Of a stretch of 64,000 nt of DNA, positions 30,627 through 39,771 are shown in pieces. The stretch's first letter is position 1; each line of letters begins with the position of its first letter. Below the pieces are notes generated by a model. It was given only the letters and a program-made list of their open reading frames with translations. It was not told the DNA's origin and did not search any database. The position numbers and the translations under genes are program-made. The stretch comes from Clostridia bacterium (GTDB lineage: Bacteria; Bacillota; Clostridia; Oscillospirales; CAG-272): contig JAFUKI010000077.1 in the NCBI GenBank assembly GCA_017467815.1, positions 4,797 through 68,796 on the forward strand, given 5' to 3'.

Positions 30627-31738
30627 TCTTCTTCTCCTCTCTTTTTCTGCAGGCTGACTTCCATAGTATATCCGCCCACAACCTTCAGCATATCACAATA
30701 ATCGGACAAAGCGGCAAGCATTTCCTTACCGGCATCGCTGTTTTCGTCCCCTTCGGCTTCCACGTAGAAGTAATACTGCCATGCCAGCTCTTTCAGCGGA
30801 CGGCTGCGGAGGGCACGCATATTGAACCCGTGTTCCCCGATGACGCTGATGGCTTTTGCAAGAGCACCGGCGACGTTGTTTACCGTGAACAGCAGCAGGA
30901 ATTTCTTGTCCCTGCCCTTCGCCGATTGGTTGGGCACTCTGGAAAATACGGCAAAACGGGTGGTGTTCACACTGCTTTCGTTGATGTCGTGATCCAGTAC
31001 CCTCAGATCGTACAGCTCCGCCGTTTCCGCACTGGCAATGGCGGCTGCGTGAATATCGCCTTTTTCCGCAACGGTCTGGGCGGCAATGGCGGTATTGGTC
31101 GCCTGGATGACTTCATAGCCTTTTGCCTTGATGTATTCCCCGCACTGCTTGAGCGCCTGGGGATGGCTGATGACTGTGGTAATGGTATCCGGAGAAGAAC
31201 CGGGTACACCCAGCAGATTGTGTGTCACAGGCAGATCGTATACACCGTTGACATACAGAGAACCGTTGAACATCAGATCCATCACCTGACCCACCTCGCC
31301 GGCATAGCTGTTCTCAATGGGCAGTACCGCGCATTCACACTCACCGTCCACTACCGACTGATACGCCGCCTGGAAATCCTCATAGGGAACCGTCTGTCCG
31401 TCGGGGAAGATCCGACCGGCTGCAATGTGGGCAAAAGCCCCTTCCACACCGCTGTATGCAATCTTGACCCCTTCGATCAGCCGTCTCTGGTAGGTCTTGG
31501 ATACTTCCATGGTGTGTTTCTGGAAGCTCACATAATAGGATCTCAGCTCATCGTCGGCAATATACTCCGCATTTCTGGCAAGGAGAACGGCTTCTCTGCC
31601 GGCATCGAAAATGGGCAGTCCCCGTTCCTTTTTGTATTCCGCTACCATCCGCACCGCATCCATGCGCTTGCAGAACAGGGACGCAATTTCTTTGTCCACC
31701 GTACTGATGATTTCTCTTGCCATTTCCAGCTTATCCAT
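30623..31738 (-). CDS. pheA: Bifunctional chorismate mutase / prephenate dehydratase
   Basis: 371 aa with an N-terminal CM helix bundle, a PDT domain and a C-terminal ACT-like region. Confidence 0.88.
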   Translation of the reverse strand: MDKLEMAREIISTVDKEIASLFCKRMDAVRMVAEYKKERGLPIFDAGREAVLLARNAEYIADDELRSYYVSFQKHTMEVSKTYQRRLIEGVKIAYSGVEGAFAHIAAGRIFPDGQTVPYEDFQAAYQSVVDGECECAVLPIENSYAGEVGQVMDLMFNGSLYVNGVYDLPVTHNLLGVPGSSPDTITTVISHPQALKQCGEYIKAKGYEVIQATNTAIAAQTVAEKGDIHAAAIASAETAELYDLRVLDHDINESSVNTTRFAVFSRVPNQSAKGRDKKFLLLFTVNNVAGALAKAISVIGEHGFNMRALRSRPLKELAWQYYFYVEAEGDENSDAGKEMLAALSDYCDMLKVVGGYTMEVSLQKKRGEEE

Positions 31739-31770
31739 ACCGAATCCATCCTTTATATCTTATAGAATCC

Positions 31771-31821
31771 AAACAAAAAACCTCCACACGCACATTCATG
31801 CAACACGAAAGGCGGTGGAGG
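31771..31821 (-). terminator. Intrinsic terminator inside the aro-operon leader (candidate attenuator)
   Basis: Minus strand reads CCTCCACCGC..GCGTGTGGAGG followed by TTTTTTGTTT. It ends ~33 nt before the pheA ATG and lies ~130 nt downstream of the promoter. Confidence 0.65.
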
Positions 31822-31960
31822 TTACCATACACGAAGTCCTGTCATTTGGCCAGGCCCGGTACAATGCAACGATCCATCGCGCTCATAAAGTAATAAAAAT
31901 ACGCATACTGCTTAAACATTATACAGCCTGTCCTTTCTTCCGGAATTCAAACATATATAT

Positions 31961-31989
31961 ATTATATACCCAAAAAACGCATATGTCAA
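31961..31989 (-). promoter_or_regulatory. Consensus sigma-A promoter of the aro operon
   Basis: Minus strand reads TTGACA (31989-31984), 17 nt spacer, TATAAT (31966-31961). Confidence 0.8.
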
Positions 31990-32186
31990 GGGGGATTGTG
32001 TGTTTTTATTAGTATTATGACGAAAAATTCCCCGAAATAAGCAGAAATAGCTGTGATGGAATAGAAAAAATGCAGGATTGGCGTATATTCATCCAGGCTG
32101 ACCTATTCCTGCAGCATCCGACCACAATATATATCCCTCCACGAAAATTAGTTTCACAAGATATGCCAAAAAATGCTAAAATACTA

Positions 32187-32215
32187 TTGACAAAGCACAA
32201 TATGTCGTGTATAAT
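32187..32215 (+). promoter_or_regulatory. Consensus sigma-A promoter (lipoprotein gene)
   Basis: TTGACA (32187-32192), 17 nt spacer, TATAAT (32210-32215). Confidence 0.75.
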
Positions 32216-32362
32216 AGAGAAGAAAAGAATCTTCCTCTTCCCGTGCAGCCTGCCGTTCATCGACAGCTGCACGATTTTTCTTTTCAACCATATACCAAAC
32301 CGGGAACATTTTCCCCTTTATATTCGTCCAATAGATAATAAAATCACCAGGGGGACGCCATC

Positions 32363-34060
32363 ATGAAACAAAAAACAGCCGTATTCAACCGAAAATATAC
32401 ATTATTTATTGTACCGATCCTTCTGTTCTGCCTGACCGCTGTATTTCTGTCATCCTGTCAGAATCCCCACGTAATTCCCCGGGATACAGAATCCCGGGAA
32501 ACCACTACCCCGGTCACTGGGGAAACGACAGCCAATCCTGAAACTGAAGCCGAAACCCCATCTCTGTATATCGGACCGGATGGGGAGGAATACTTCGGGG
32601 AATTCCACGGCGGTCTGTTTGGACTCGGCACAGAACTGACAAACCTTGTCTCCGAAGAAGAATACCTGCAGTATACAGATAAAACCTTCGCCGGTACTTT
32701 CGACTTCAACCAGCGCTCTTTCTGCCGCTATTTTGGGGTCACGGAAGAAGCCTACAGAGAAGCCGTATCCGTCTATAACTGGTACGATATATACGGAGAA
32801 GCCGGCAGATACAAAGCGGAACAGTACCCCGTGGGCATATTCGGCGATTATGAGGATTTTATCGACATATTCGTAAGAGAGGAATCCCGTATCGGCTGCC
32901 GCACGGAAGAATGGCTTCCCGATGAAAACTGCGTGCATACCTATACTTTCCACACCATAACGGACGAACTGATCGACTGCGTGGGAGAAGAAGCCTACAA
33001 AACCTTCCGTCAGACCTACGCCGGTACGGAAGAATTCAATATTCTGAACTTTATATCCTATTTTTATCTGGATGAAAAAACGGTAAGCGATATACTGGAG
33101 CAAAGTACCGACCCGATCCCGGCGTATAATGTACAGTATCTGTTCGGGGACGAGGAGATGCAGAGAGAATATTTCCTCATCCGGGAATACCAGTCGGACG
33201 AACAGACAAAGCTGTACTACGGCCTGCCCACCCAAGCGGAATTCATGGAAATCACGGACTGGTACATATACGACTCCGGTATGCACCGAATGATCTGTGC
33301 CTTTCTGCGGAATGACTGGGAAACTTTTGCCCGGTACTGCGGTGTAGAACCCGAAGTGTATTCCCATATGCGGAACATGAAAATCGGTGAATACGAACTG
33401 AAAAACGAAATGATCCCGGCATCCGATGACCCCGCATCCGTCAATCCCTTTCTTGTACTCTCCTTTGAGGTGCTGGAAAGTACAAGTGAGGTTTTCCCCG
33501 TGGGAGAGCACGAACTTGTCTGGAAAAGCGGGTTGAACGTGACCTTTAAACCCAGAGAAACCTTCCGGTATACCGTATCTTCACCGTGGGAAATGTCCCG
33601 GGCGGAACGGTATCTGTTGGATTTAGGTTCCGACAGGGATTTTGCGCCGGTGACAGCTGAAAACAAGCGGCAGTTTGGATTGTGCGACTTTATTGTAGGC
33701 AGACTGGATGTCTTATACGGCAACGATGAACCGAGAACAAAGGAAGAAATCGGGGATTATGCGGAAAAGTATCTGGGGGTAGACCGAGACACATTGCAGT
33801 ATGATAAAACCCTTGAGAAAACCGAAAATGGCTACAGACGAATCGGCAGAGGCGGCGGCTCCTATATTTACACCGTTCTATCCGAAGAAGTACGGGACGG
33901 TATCACGGTAATAACAGTACAATTCTGGGCGGACGAATCGAAAACCGTACCGTCACGGAAAGTGGAATTCTATACGGAACTGCTGGACGGTGAATACAAA
34001 CCGCTGTACTCGGTAATCGTGGAAGACAGCAAATTCCGGACCATGTATTTGTCAACATAA
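32363..34060 (+). CDS. Large lipoprotein of unknown function
   Basis: 565 aa. The signal peptide has a lipobox (VFLSSCQN), followed by a Thr/Glu/Pro-rich linker. Confidence 0.7.
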   Translation: MKQKTAVFNRKYTLFIVPILLFCLTAVFLSSCQNPHVIPRDTESRETTTPVTGETTANPETEAETPSLYIGPDGEEYFGEFHGGLFGLGTELTNLVSEEEYLQYTDKTFAGTFDFNQRSFCRYFGVTEEAYREAVSVYNWYDIYGEAGRYKAEQYPVGIFGDYEDFIDIFVREESRIGCRTEEWLPDENCVHTYTFHTITDELIDCVGEEAYKTFRQTYAGTEEFNILNFISYFYLDEKTVSDILEQSTDPIPAYNVQYLFGDEEMQREYFLIREYQSDEQTKLYYGLPTQAEFMEITDWYIYDSGMHRMICAFLRNDWETFARYCGVEPEVYSHMRNMKIGEYELKNEMIPASDDPASVNPFLVLSFEVLESTSEVFPVGEHELVWKSGLNVTFKPRETFRYTVSSPWEMSRAERYLLDLGSDRDFAPVTAENKRQFGLCDFIVGRLDVLYGNDEPRTKEEIGDYAEKYLGVDRDTLQYDKTLEKTENGYRRIGRGGGSYIYTVLSEEVRDGITVITVQFWADESKTVPSRKVEFYTELLDGEYKPLYSVIVEDSKFRTMYLST

Positions 34061-34068
34061 GCGAATTC

Positions 34069-34112
34069 TTTCCCCTCTTTCCTTATCCGTAAGGGAGAGG
34101 GGAAAATTTATC
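34069..34112 (+). terminator. Terminator hairpin
   Basis: TTTCCCCTCT..CCTTA-TCCG-TAAGG..AGAGGGGAAA extended hairpin with a weak T tract. Confidence 0.6.
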
Positions 34113-34133
34113 TTCAGAAAAACCAAAAACATA

Positions 34134-34162
34134 TTGACAAATACGGGAAGATGTGCTATCAT
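34134..34162 (+). promoter_or_regulatory. Sigma-A promoter of the amino-acid ABC transporter operon
   Basis: TTGACA (34134-34139), 17 nt spacer, TATCAT (34157-34162) with a TGc extended -10. Confidence 0.7.
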
Positions 34163-34229
34163 ATTACTACTTTAGTGTGATAAAGCACTGATCATTATCA
34201 AAAGAACATTTTTAAGGAGAAATCAAAAA

Positions 34230-35033
34230 ATGAAAAAGATTCTTGCACTTGTACTTTCCATGCTGATGCTGTCCGCATGTCTGTTTTCCTGCGGCAGTAC
34301 CGGCGACCTGGCTGCCATCAAGGAAAATGGCAAAATGGTGATCGGTATCACCCTGTACGAACCCATGAACTACTACGCTGAAGACGGCGAGACCCTGATC
34401 GGCTTTGACACCGAATTTGCAGAAGCGCTCTGCGCAGAACTGGGCGTAAAGGCAGAATTCCAGATCATCGACTGGAAAATGAAGGAAACCGAACTGAAGT
34501 CCGGCAACATCGACGCCATCTGGAACGGTCTGACCGTAACCGAAGAACGTAAGGAAAACATGGGCTTCACCACTCCCTACCTGACCAACGAACAGTGCAT
34601 CGTTATCAAGGCTGACAAGGCGGATGTTTATGTAGATACCGCAAGCCTGGCAGGTGCCCTGATTGCCGCTGAAGCAGGTTCCGCCGGTGAATCCGCTGTT
34701 GCCGCTGACGAAAATCTGTCCAAGGCAACCTACGTTGGCGCTGATACCCAGGCAGCTGCTCTGCTGGAACTGAAGGCCGGCAACGTAGACGCAATCGTTG
34801 TTGACCACTCCATGGCAACTGCATCCGTTGGTTCCGGTGACTACGCCGACATGGTTATCGTAGACAGCATCGACCTGACCGACGAACTGTATGCCATTGG
34901 CTTCCGCGTAGGTTCCGACCTGATCGAAGAAGCAAACGACATCATTGCCAAGTTCATCGAAGACGGTACTCTGGAAGCCATTGCTGAAAAGTACGGCCGT
35001 CTGGAACAGTACAAAGCAGCTGTAAACGGCTGA
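34230..35033 (+). CDS. Amino-acid ABC transporter substrate-binding lipoprotein
   Basis: 267 aa with signal peptide/lipobox LSACLFSCGS and a type-3 SBP sequence (DIDAIWNGLT.., GFRVGSD). Confidence 0.88.
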   Translation: MKKILALVLSMLMLSACLFSCGSTGDLAAIKENGKMVIGITLYEPMNYYAEDGETLIGFDTEFAEALCAELGVKAEFQIIDWKMKETELKSGNIDAIWNGLTVTEERKENMGFTTPYLTNEQCIVIKADKADVYVDTASLAGALIAAEAGSAGESAVAADENLSKATYVGADTQAAALLELKAGNVDAIVVDHSMATASVGSGDYADMVIVDSIDLTDELYAIGFRVGSDLIEEANDIIAKFIEDGTLEAIAEKYGRLEQYKAAVNG

Positions 35034-35117
35034 GTATCCATCCGAACATAAACCGTTGTCTGCCGTGTCCCCCTTTCTGGTGCGGATGCGGCAGACTGAT
35101 TTCATTCTACTACATTT

Positions 35118-35855
35118 ATGACGAATTTAATGCTTAGGATCTCATTCATGAGCTGGCTGTATGATATTGACTGGGCGGAGGTTTGGTATGTAACGGTTCA
35201 GCTGCTGAATGGTTTCAAGATGACGCTTGGTCTGTTTTTCCTGACCCTGATCTTCTCCCTGCCTCTGGGACTTGTGTTTTCCTTCGGCACCATGAGCAAG
35301 ATCAAACCTCTGCGGTATCTTGTCAAAGGTTTTGTCTACATCATCCGCGGCACGCCCCTTCTGCTGCAGCTGATGATCATTGTATATCTGCCGGGTATTG
35401 CGTTTGGCATGCCCCTGACCCGCTGGGCGATATTCGGCGGAAATGTATCGGCGGCGTACTTTTTCGGAGCGCTTGCGGCGTTTATCATCAATTATGCCTG
35501 TTATTTCAGCGAGATCTACCGCGGCGGTATTGAATCCATTGCGAAGGGTCAGTATGAAGCCGGGCAGGTGTTGGGTATGACCAAGTCCCAGATCTTCTTC
35601 AAGGTGATTCTGATGCAGGTCATCAAGAACATCCTGCCGCCCATCGCCAATGAGACCATTACACTGGTAAAGGACACAGCCCTTGCCAGAACGGTTTCCG
35701 TAATGGAAATTCTGTTCATGGCAAACGAAATTCTGATGCTGAAGCAGCTGATCTGGCCGTTGTTTTACACAGGGGTATTCTACCTGTTGTTCAACGCGCT
35801 GGTTACCTGGATTTTCGGGAAACTGGAAGCCAAGCTGTCGTATTATAAAGTATAA
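35118..35855 (+). CDS. Amino-acid ABC transporter permease
   Basis: 245-aa polytopic protein with HisM/GlnP-type motifs. The start is uncertain (35118 or 35148). Confidence 0.85.
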   Translation: MTNLMLRISFMSWLYDIDWAEVWYVTVQLLNGFKMTLGLFFLTLIFSLPLGLVFSFGTMSKIKPLRYLVKGFVYIIRGTPLLLQLMIIVYLPGIAFGMPLTRWAIFGGNVSAAYFFGALAAFIINYACYFSEIYRGGIESIAKGQYEAGQVLGMTKSQIFFKVILMQVIKNILPPIANETITLVKDTALARTVSVMEILFMANEILMLKQLIWPLFYTGVFYLLFNALVTWIFGKLEAKLSYYKV

Positions 35856-35867
35856 GGGGGGATTTGT

Positions 35868-36671
35868 ATGCCGATTCTGGAAGTGGAAAACTTTACAAAA
35901 AGCTTCGGGGATGTCAATGTACTGAAGGGCATCGATTTCACCCTGGAAAAAGGCGAAGTGCTGGCTATCATCGGTTCTTCAGGAAGCGGGAAGACCACGC
36001 TGCTGCGCTGTCTGAATTTTCTGGAAACACCCGATGGGGGAAGAATGCGTGTAAACGGCGAAACTCTGTTTGACGCAGAGGAGCACAAAAAGCTGTCGGA
36101 CAAAGAGATCCGTATGCGGAGACTGCATTTCGGACTTGTGTTCCAGTCCTTCAATCTGTTCCCCCAGTATACCGTACTGAAAAACATTACCCTCGCCTCC
36201 GAGCTGCTGGAAAATGAACGTCTGAAAGGGGAAAATGCCGGCAGAGAAAAGAGAAACCGTGTCATGGAAGGCATCCGCGATCATGCCATGGAACTTCTTG
36301 CCACTGTAGGTCTGACGGAAAAGGCGGAAAGCTATCCCTGCCAGTTGTCCGGCGGTCAGTGCCAGCGTGTAGCCATAGCCCGCGCCCTCGCCCTGTCACC
36401 GGATATCCTCTGCTTCGATGAACCCACCTCCGCCCTGGACCCCGAACTCACCGGCGAAGTCCTCCGTGTCATCCGCGGTCTCAAATCCAGCGACCGCACC
36501 ATGATCGTCGTGACCCACGAAATGGCATTCGCCAAAGGTGTCGCAGACAAAGTGATCTATATGGCCGACGGCGTCATCGAAGAAATAGGCACCCCCGACC
36601 AAGTCTTCAACCACCCCCAAAGCGAAAAAACCAGATCCTTCCTCAACGCAGGCCAGCAGTTCCAGTTTTGA
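35868..36671 (+). CDS. Amino-acid ABC transporter ATP-binding protein
   Basis: 267 aa with Walker A GSSGSGKTT, LSGGQCQRVAIARAL and Walker B. It has a ~25-aa insertion relative to typical GlnQ-type proteins. Confidence 0.9.
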   Translation: MPILEVENFTKSFGDVNVLKGIDFTLEKGEVLAIIGSSGSGKTTLLRCLNFLETPDGGRMRVNGETLFDAEEHKKLSDKEIRMRRLHFGLVFQSFNLFPQYTVLKNITLASELLENERLKGENAGREKRNRVMEGIRDHAMELLATVGLTEKAESYPCQLSGGQCQRVAIARALALSPDILCFDEPTSALDPELTGEVLRVIRGLKSSDRTMIVVTHEMAFAKGVADKVIYMADGVIEEIGTPDQVFNHPQSEKTRSFLNAGQQFQF

Positions 36672-36690
36672 AATTGTTATTTGTTTTTTT

Positions 36691-36775
36691 TGCAGGGGGA
36701 GAGGAAAAACTTTTTGCGAAAAAGTCTTTCCTCTCCCCCTGCACCCCCTCTTCTTTTCAAAAAACTTTGAAAAAA
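36691..36775 (+). repeat. Dispersed hairpin repeat, copy 4
   Basis: TGCAGGGGGAGAGGAAAAACTTTTTGCGAAAAAGTCTTTCCTCTCCCCCTGCA plus a TTTTCAAAAAACTTTGAAAAAA tail. It starts 20 nt after the stop. Confidence 0.9.
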
Positions 36776-36845
36776 GGGGGATTTTTTGTTTTTTGCATAA
36801 ATCAAAATCTATCTGACTTCACTGGTGAAAACTGTACTCCCGCCG

Positions 36846-36940
36846 CAAGCCCAACTGTGTAGCCTTCTCCACCGAGGCATACTTGCCTCAGGAGAAGGTG
36901 GCAGCCTCAAGGCTGATGGATGAGGTGTAACGTACGCTTT
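36846..36940 (+). ncRNA. Conserved ~95-nt structured element, copy 2 (unknown class)
   Basis: Aligns with 2506-2601. The stems are CCTTCTCC/GGAGAAGG (covarying), GAGGCA-TACT-TGCCTC and CAGCC-TCAA-GGCTG. Confidence 0.45.
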
Positions 36941-37016
36941 GAACCTACTAAATTGGTATAAATCCCTCCCCCAACCAACTCTACATCTGTAAGAAAAAAC
37001 CGCCACCGTCCCCCAA

Positions 37017-37069
37017 AAAACAAAACAAAGACCCCGCAAAAAACCTCTCATACAGAAAGTTTTTTGCGG
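37017..37069 (-). terminator. Rho-independent terminator (DUF1934 operon)
   Basis: CCGCAAAAAAC pairs with GTTTTTTGCGG (11 bp), followed on the minus strand by a T-rich tract. Confidence 0.75.
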
Positions 37070-37111
37070 AGTCATACATAACCAGATCCAATTCAAATTC
37101 CCGAAAAAGCC

Positions 37112-37768
37112 TTACATCCGTACCACATTGATCCGCATCGTAGTCCGCTGAATATCCGCCCCCCTGAGTTCAACCAGATAATCCAGCAGAATAACACCGC
37201 CGGATTCAGTGAGTGTGGAGTCAAATTTGCGGGTGTAAATGCAGACGGAGAAAGGCATGGGCATCATGGGAGAGGAATAATCGGAAATGTGACGTTTCCC
37301 TTTTTCACAGCAGAGCGTACTCATAAGCGTACCGCTGCGTTCAATCACAATGGTAGGCGAAGACTTGGAGATGTGCAGGACAGTGAGCGCATCACCGAAA
37401 CCGTTGTCGGGATTTTCGATGTATTTCAGACGGTATTCATTCTCGTCCGATTCCATGGTCCCTTCGGTGGTGAGAATGTAGCGGTTGCTGTTTTCCTCGT
37501 CGGGTTCGGCGGATTCAAACAGGGCGCGGAACATATCCTCGATCTGTTCGACCATATCCTGTTCAATTTCCGCATCCTCGTCCAGTTCCTCGTCCAGCGA
37601 TTCCATCAGATCCTGCAGCTGTGCGGCGGTATTCACCTCAGGCTGGGGATTTTTTTCCTGTCCGCCTGAAAACATGGAATACGCATTGCTGCCCATCTGA
37701 GGGAGAATGTGCCTGGAATTGATCGTGAGCTTTACGGGAAATGCAGTTACGGGAGAATTCTGTTCCAT
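37112..37768 (-). CDS. DUF1934 (YwiB-like) domain protein with an acidic N-terminal extension
   Basis: 218 aa. From memory, the C-terminal ~130 aa match the DUF1934 pattern (..VIERSGTLMSTLCCEKGKRHISDYSSP..). Confidence 0.55.
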   Translation of the reverse strand: MEQNSPVTAFPVKLTINSRHILPQMGSNAYSMFSGGQEKNPQPEVNTAAQLQDLMESLDEELDEDAEIEQDMVEQIEDMFRALFESAEPDEENSNRYILTTEGTMESDENEYRLKYIENPDNGFGDALTVLHISKSSPTIVIERSGTLMSTLCCEKGKRHISDYSSPMMPMPFSVCIYTRKFDSTLTESGGVILLDYLVELRGADIQRTTMRINVVRM

Positions 37769-37773
37769 ATTTT

Positions 37774-38661
37774 TCAGGATTCCTTATTTGATAATGTTTT
37801 TTGTTTTTCCATATGGTCTTTTATGAGATTATAGCATAAGACCGAACCGATAACCACCACAGAACCGATCAGAGAGAACATACCGATCTTTTCATCCAGC
37901 ATAAATGCGGTAAGCAGAGGATTCAGAATGGGTTCAATGGTACTGATCAGGGATGCGGCAAAGGCAGGAGTGTGATCCAGACCTTCCGCCATGAATATGT
38001 AGGAAGAAGCGTACTGTACAGCACCCAGTAAGAACATCATAACCAGAATTTCCACCGTACAGTTGCCCGGAGTGGTAACTTCCGTGATAAGGGCGGGGAA
38101 ACCGATGACGGCACTGATCACACACCCCACAAAGATGGACGACAGATTGTCACTGCCCGGTATCATTTTCATCATAAATACCACAGCATACGTCATACCG
38201 GCGCCAAGCCCGAAAATATTACCGAGCAGAGGATTGGGCGCAGTGGCGGGACCGACCAGACTGTCGTAGAAGAAACAGAGGATACCGCAGATAACGATGG
38301 GCATGATGATAAGATCCAGCTTGGTGGGCTTTTTGCGGAAGAACACCAGGGAGAACAGAATAATAAAGACCGGTGCTGTAAATTCCAGAATAATAGCAGC
38401 CGCGGCAGTGGTCATCTTGGCGGAGAGCACATAGAAATATCCGGAAGCGGCAATGGCTGCACCGCAGAGGAAGACGGACTTGTTGAAAACGAGCTTATGC
38501 TTCCGCAATTTGAGGTACAGGAAAATGACACAGGCAGCCACAAGGGTTCTGCCGCCGCCGATGGCGAAGGATCCCCACGGAATGGCTTTTACGAAGAAAC
38601 CGCTGCTGGAAAAACAGATAGCTGCGCACAGGATAAGAAAAGGAGAAATTTTTTTCTTCAT
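37774..38661 (-). CDS. EamA/DMT-family transporter
   Basis: 295 aa with ~10 TM segments in two EamA-like halves. Confidence 0.8.
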   Translation of the reverse strand: MKKKISPFLILCAAICFSSSGFFVKAIPWGSFAIGGGRTLVAACVIFLYLKLRKHKLVFNKSVFLCGAAIAASGYFYVLSAKMTTAAAAIILEFTAPVFIILFSLVFFRKKPTKLDLIIMPIVICGILCFFYDSLVGPATAPNPLLGNIFGLGAGMTYAVVFMMKMIPGSDNLSSIFVGCVISAVIGFPALITEVTTPGNCTVEILVMMFLLGAVQYASSYIFMAEGLDHTPAFAASLISTIEPILNPLLTAFMLDEKIGMFSLIGSVVVIGSVLCYNLIKDHMEKQKTLSNKES

Positions 38662-38676
38662 AACCGTAACCCCCTC

Positions 38677-39450
38677 TTATTTCGTATGCAGAGGCCGCAG
38701 AACCGGCTCAGTGTAAATCAGGTTGTAATCGTCAATGATTCTCTGCGCTTCTTCAAACACACCGGTCAGCGTGAACGCATACTGATCGTGGGCGTCAAGA
38801 CCCACAACCACAGGCGCACTCATTTCCCCTACCAGCTTCCAGAAGGGTCTGTAGGGATAATTCCGGCTGCCGTGAATGCCCAGACAGTTGATTTCCAGGG
38901 GAACCTTGGTCTCCATGGAGCAGGCGATCAGCTTTTCCATCGCCTTGAAGTATTCCGGAGAATAATCGTCACACCAGGGCAGATCCGGGTGCGCCAGATA
39001 GGTGAAATACCCGGTACGCATGGCTTCGCATACCTGATCCACATAGGCGTAAATATACTCCACAGAACCGCGGGCAGGGGTTTGGGGATGATCGTATTCG
39101 TTATTCAGAAAATGCTGTCCGAGAATCATATAATCACAGGGGTAAGGCTCTAAGAAATTGAGCAGATCCCGGAAAATAGCGGGGTAGTATTCTGCTTCAA
39201 ACCCGATCTTGATATCGATTCTGTCCTTGAATTCTTCCTTCAGCGCCAGCAGGGAGGAGAAATAGCCTTCTGTTTCTTCACGCAGCATCCGGAAATTGGA
39301 ATAGTAATCTCCGGGGAAGCACTGGGGGGAATGGTCGGCAAAGCCAAGGGTCTTGAACCCGTGATCAGCGGCAAACTGGACATAATCCCTGTCCGTTCCG
39401 CTGGCGTGTTTACATCGCGCGGTATGGGTATGGTAATTTACGGTAAACAT
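38677..39450 (-). CDS. PHP-domain histidinol-phosphatase (HisJ) family protein
   Basis: 257 aa with an N-terminal YHTHTARCKHA metal-binding motif and GFADHSP. Confidence 0.8.
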   Translation of the reverse strand: MFTVNYHTHTARCKHASGTDRDYVQFAADHGFKTLGFADHSPQCFPGDYYSNFRMLREETEGYFSSLLALKEEFKDRIDIKIGFEAEYYPAIFRDLLNFLEPYPCDYMILGQHFLNNEYDHPQTPARGSVEYIYAYVDQVCEAMRTGYFTYLAHPDLPWCDDYSPEYFKAMEKLIACSMETKVPLEINCLGIHGSRNYPYRPFWKLVGEMSAPVVVGLDAHDQYAFTLTGVFEEAQRIIDDYNLIYTEPVLRPLHTK

Positions 39451-39600
39451 AGTGGTTCCTCATGAAAAATAAATGAAAAATAAGCGTACTGAAGTATTAT
39501 ACCACAGTTCGGGGAAGAATGAAAGGTTTTCGGAAAAATAAATCAAAAAACAGACCGCTTTTCACGAAAAAACGATCTGTATTCTGTATATTGGATTTCC

Positions 39601-39761
39601 TTATTCTGCCGCAGATCGGACAGGCCGCAGAACCGGTTCCGTAAGGGTAAGACCGCATTCTTCGATCCACTTCCGCGCTTCGGCAAACAACTCCGCATAT
39701 TCCCGGTCAGAACCGCGGGCGTGTTTGCAGCGTAGGGTGTGTGATAATCGGCAGTAAACAT
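39601..39761 (-). pseudogene. Collapsed paralog of the adjacent PHP phosphatase
   Basis: MFTADYH, then a 1-nt frameshift, then HTLRCKHARGSDREY fused directly to AELFAEARKWIEECGLTLTEPVLRPV. The intact gene's termini are MFTVNYHTHTARCKHASGTDRDY and ..FEEAQRIIDDYNLIYTEPVLRPL. Confidence 0.75.
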
Positions 39762-39771
39762 AACGTATCCA

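Noticed and set aside
31739-31960. T-box riboswitch or leader-peptide attenuation for the aro leader
   Set aside because: There is no match to the conserved T-box sequence and no recognisable Stem I or specifier features. The short ORF MFEFRKKGQAV* (two Phe codons) starts within a few nt of the predicted transcription start and has no SD. The terminator is kept as a feature but its class is left open.
32015-32366. 90-aa (minus) and 98-aa (plus) ORFs between the aro operon and the lipoprotein gene
   Set aside because: They sit in an AT-rich divergent promoter region that contains a consensus promoter at 32187-32215. They have no SD, and their composition is atypical of the coding regions here.
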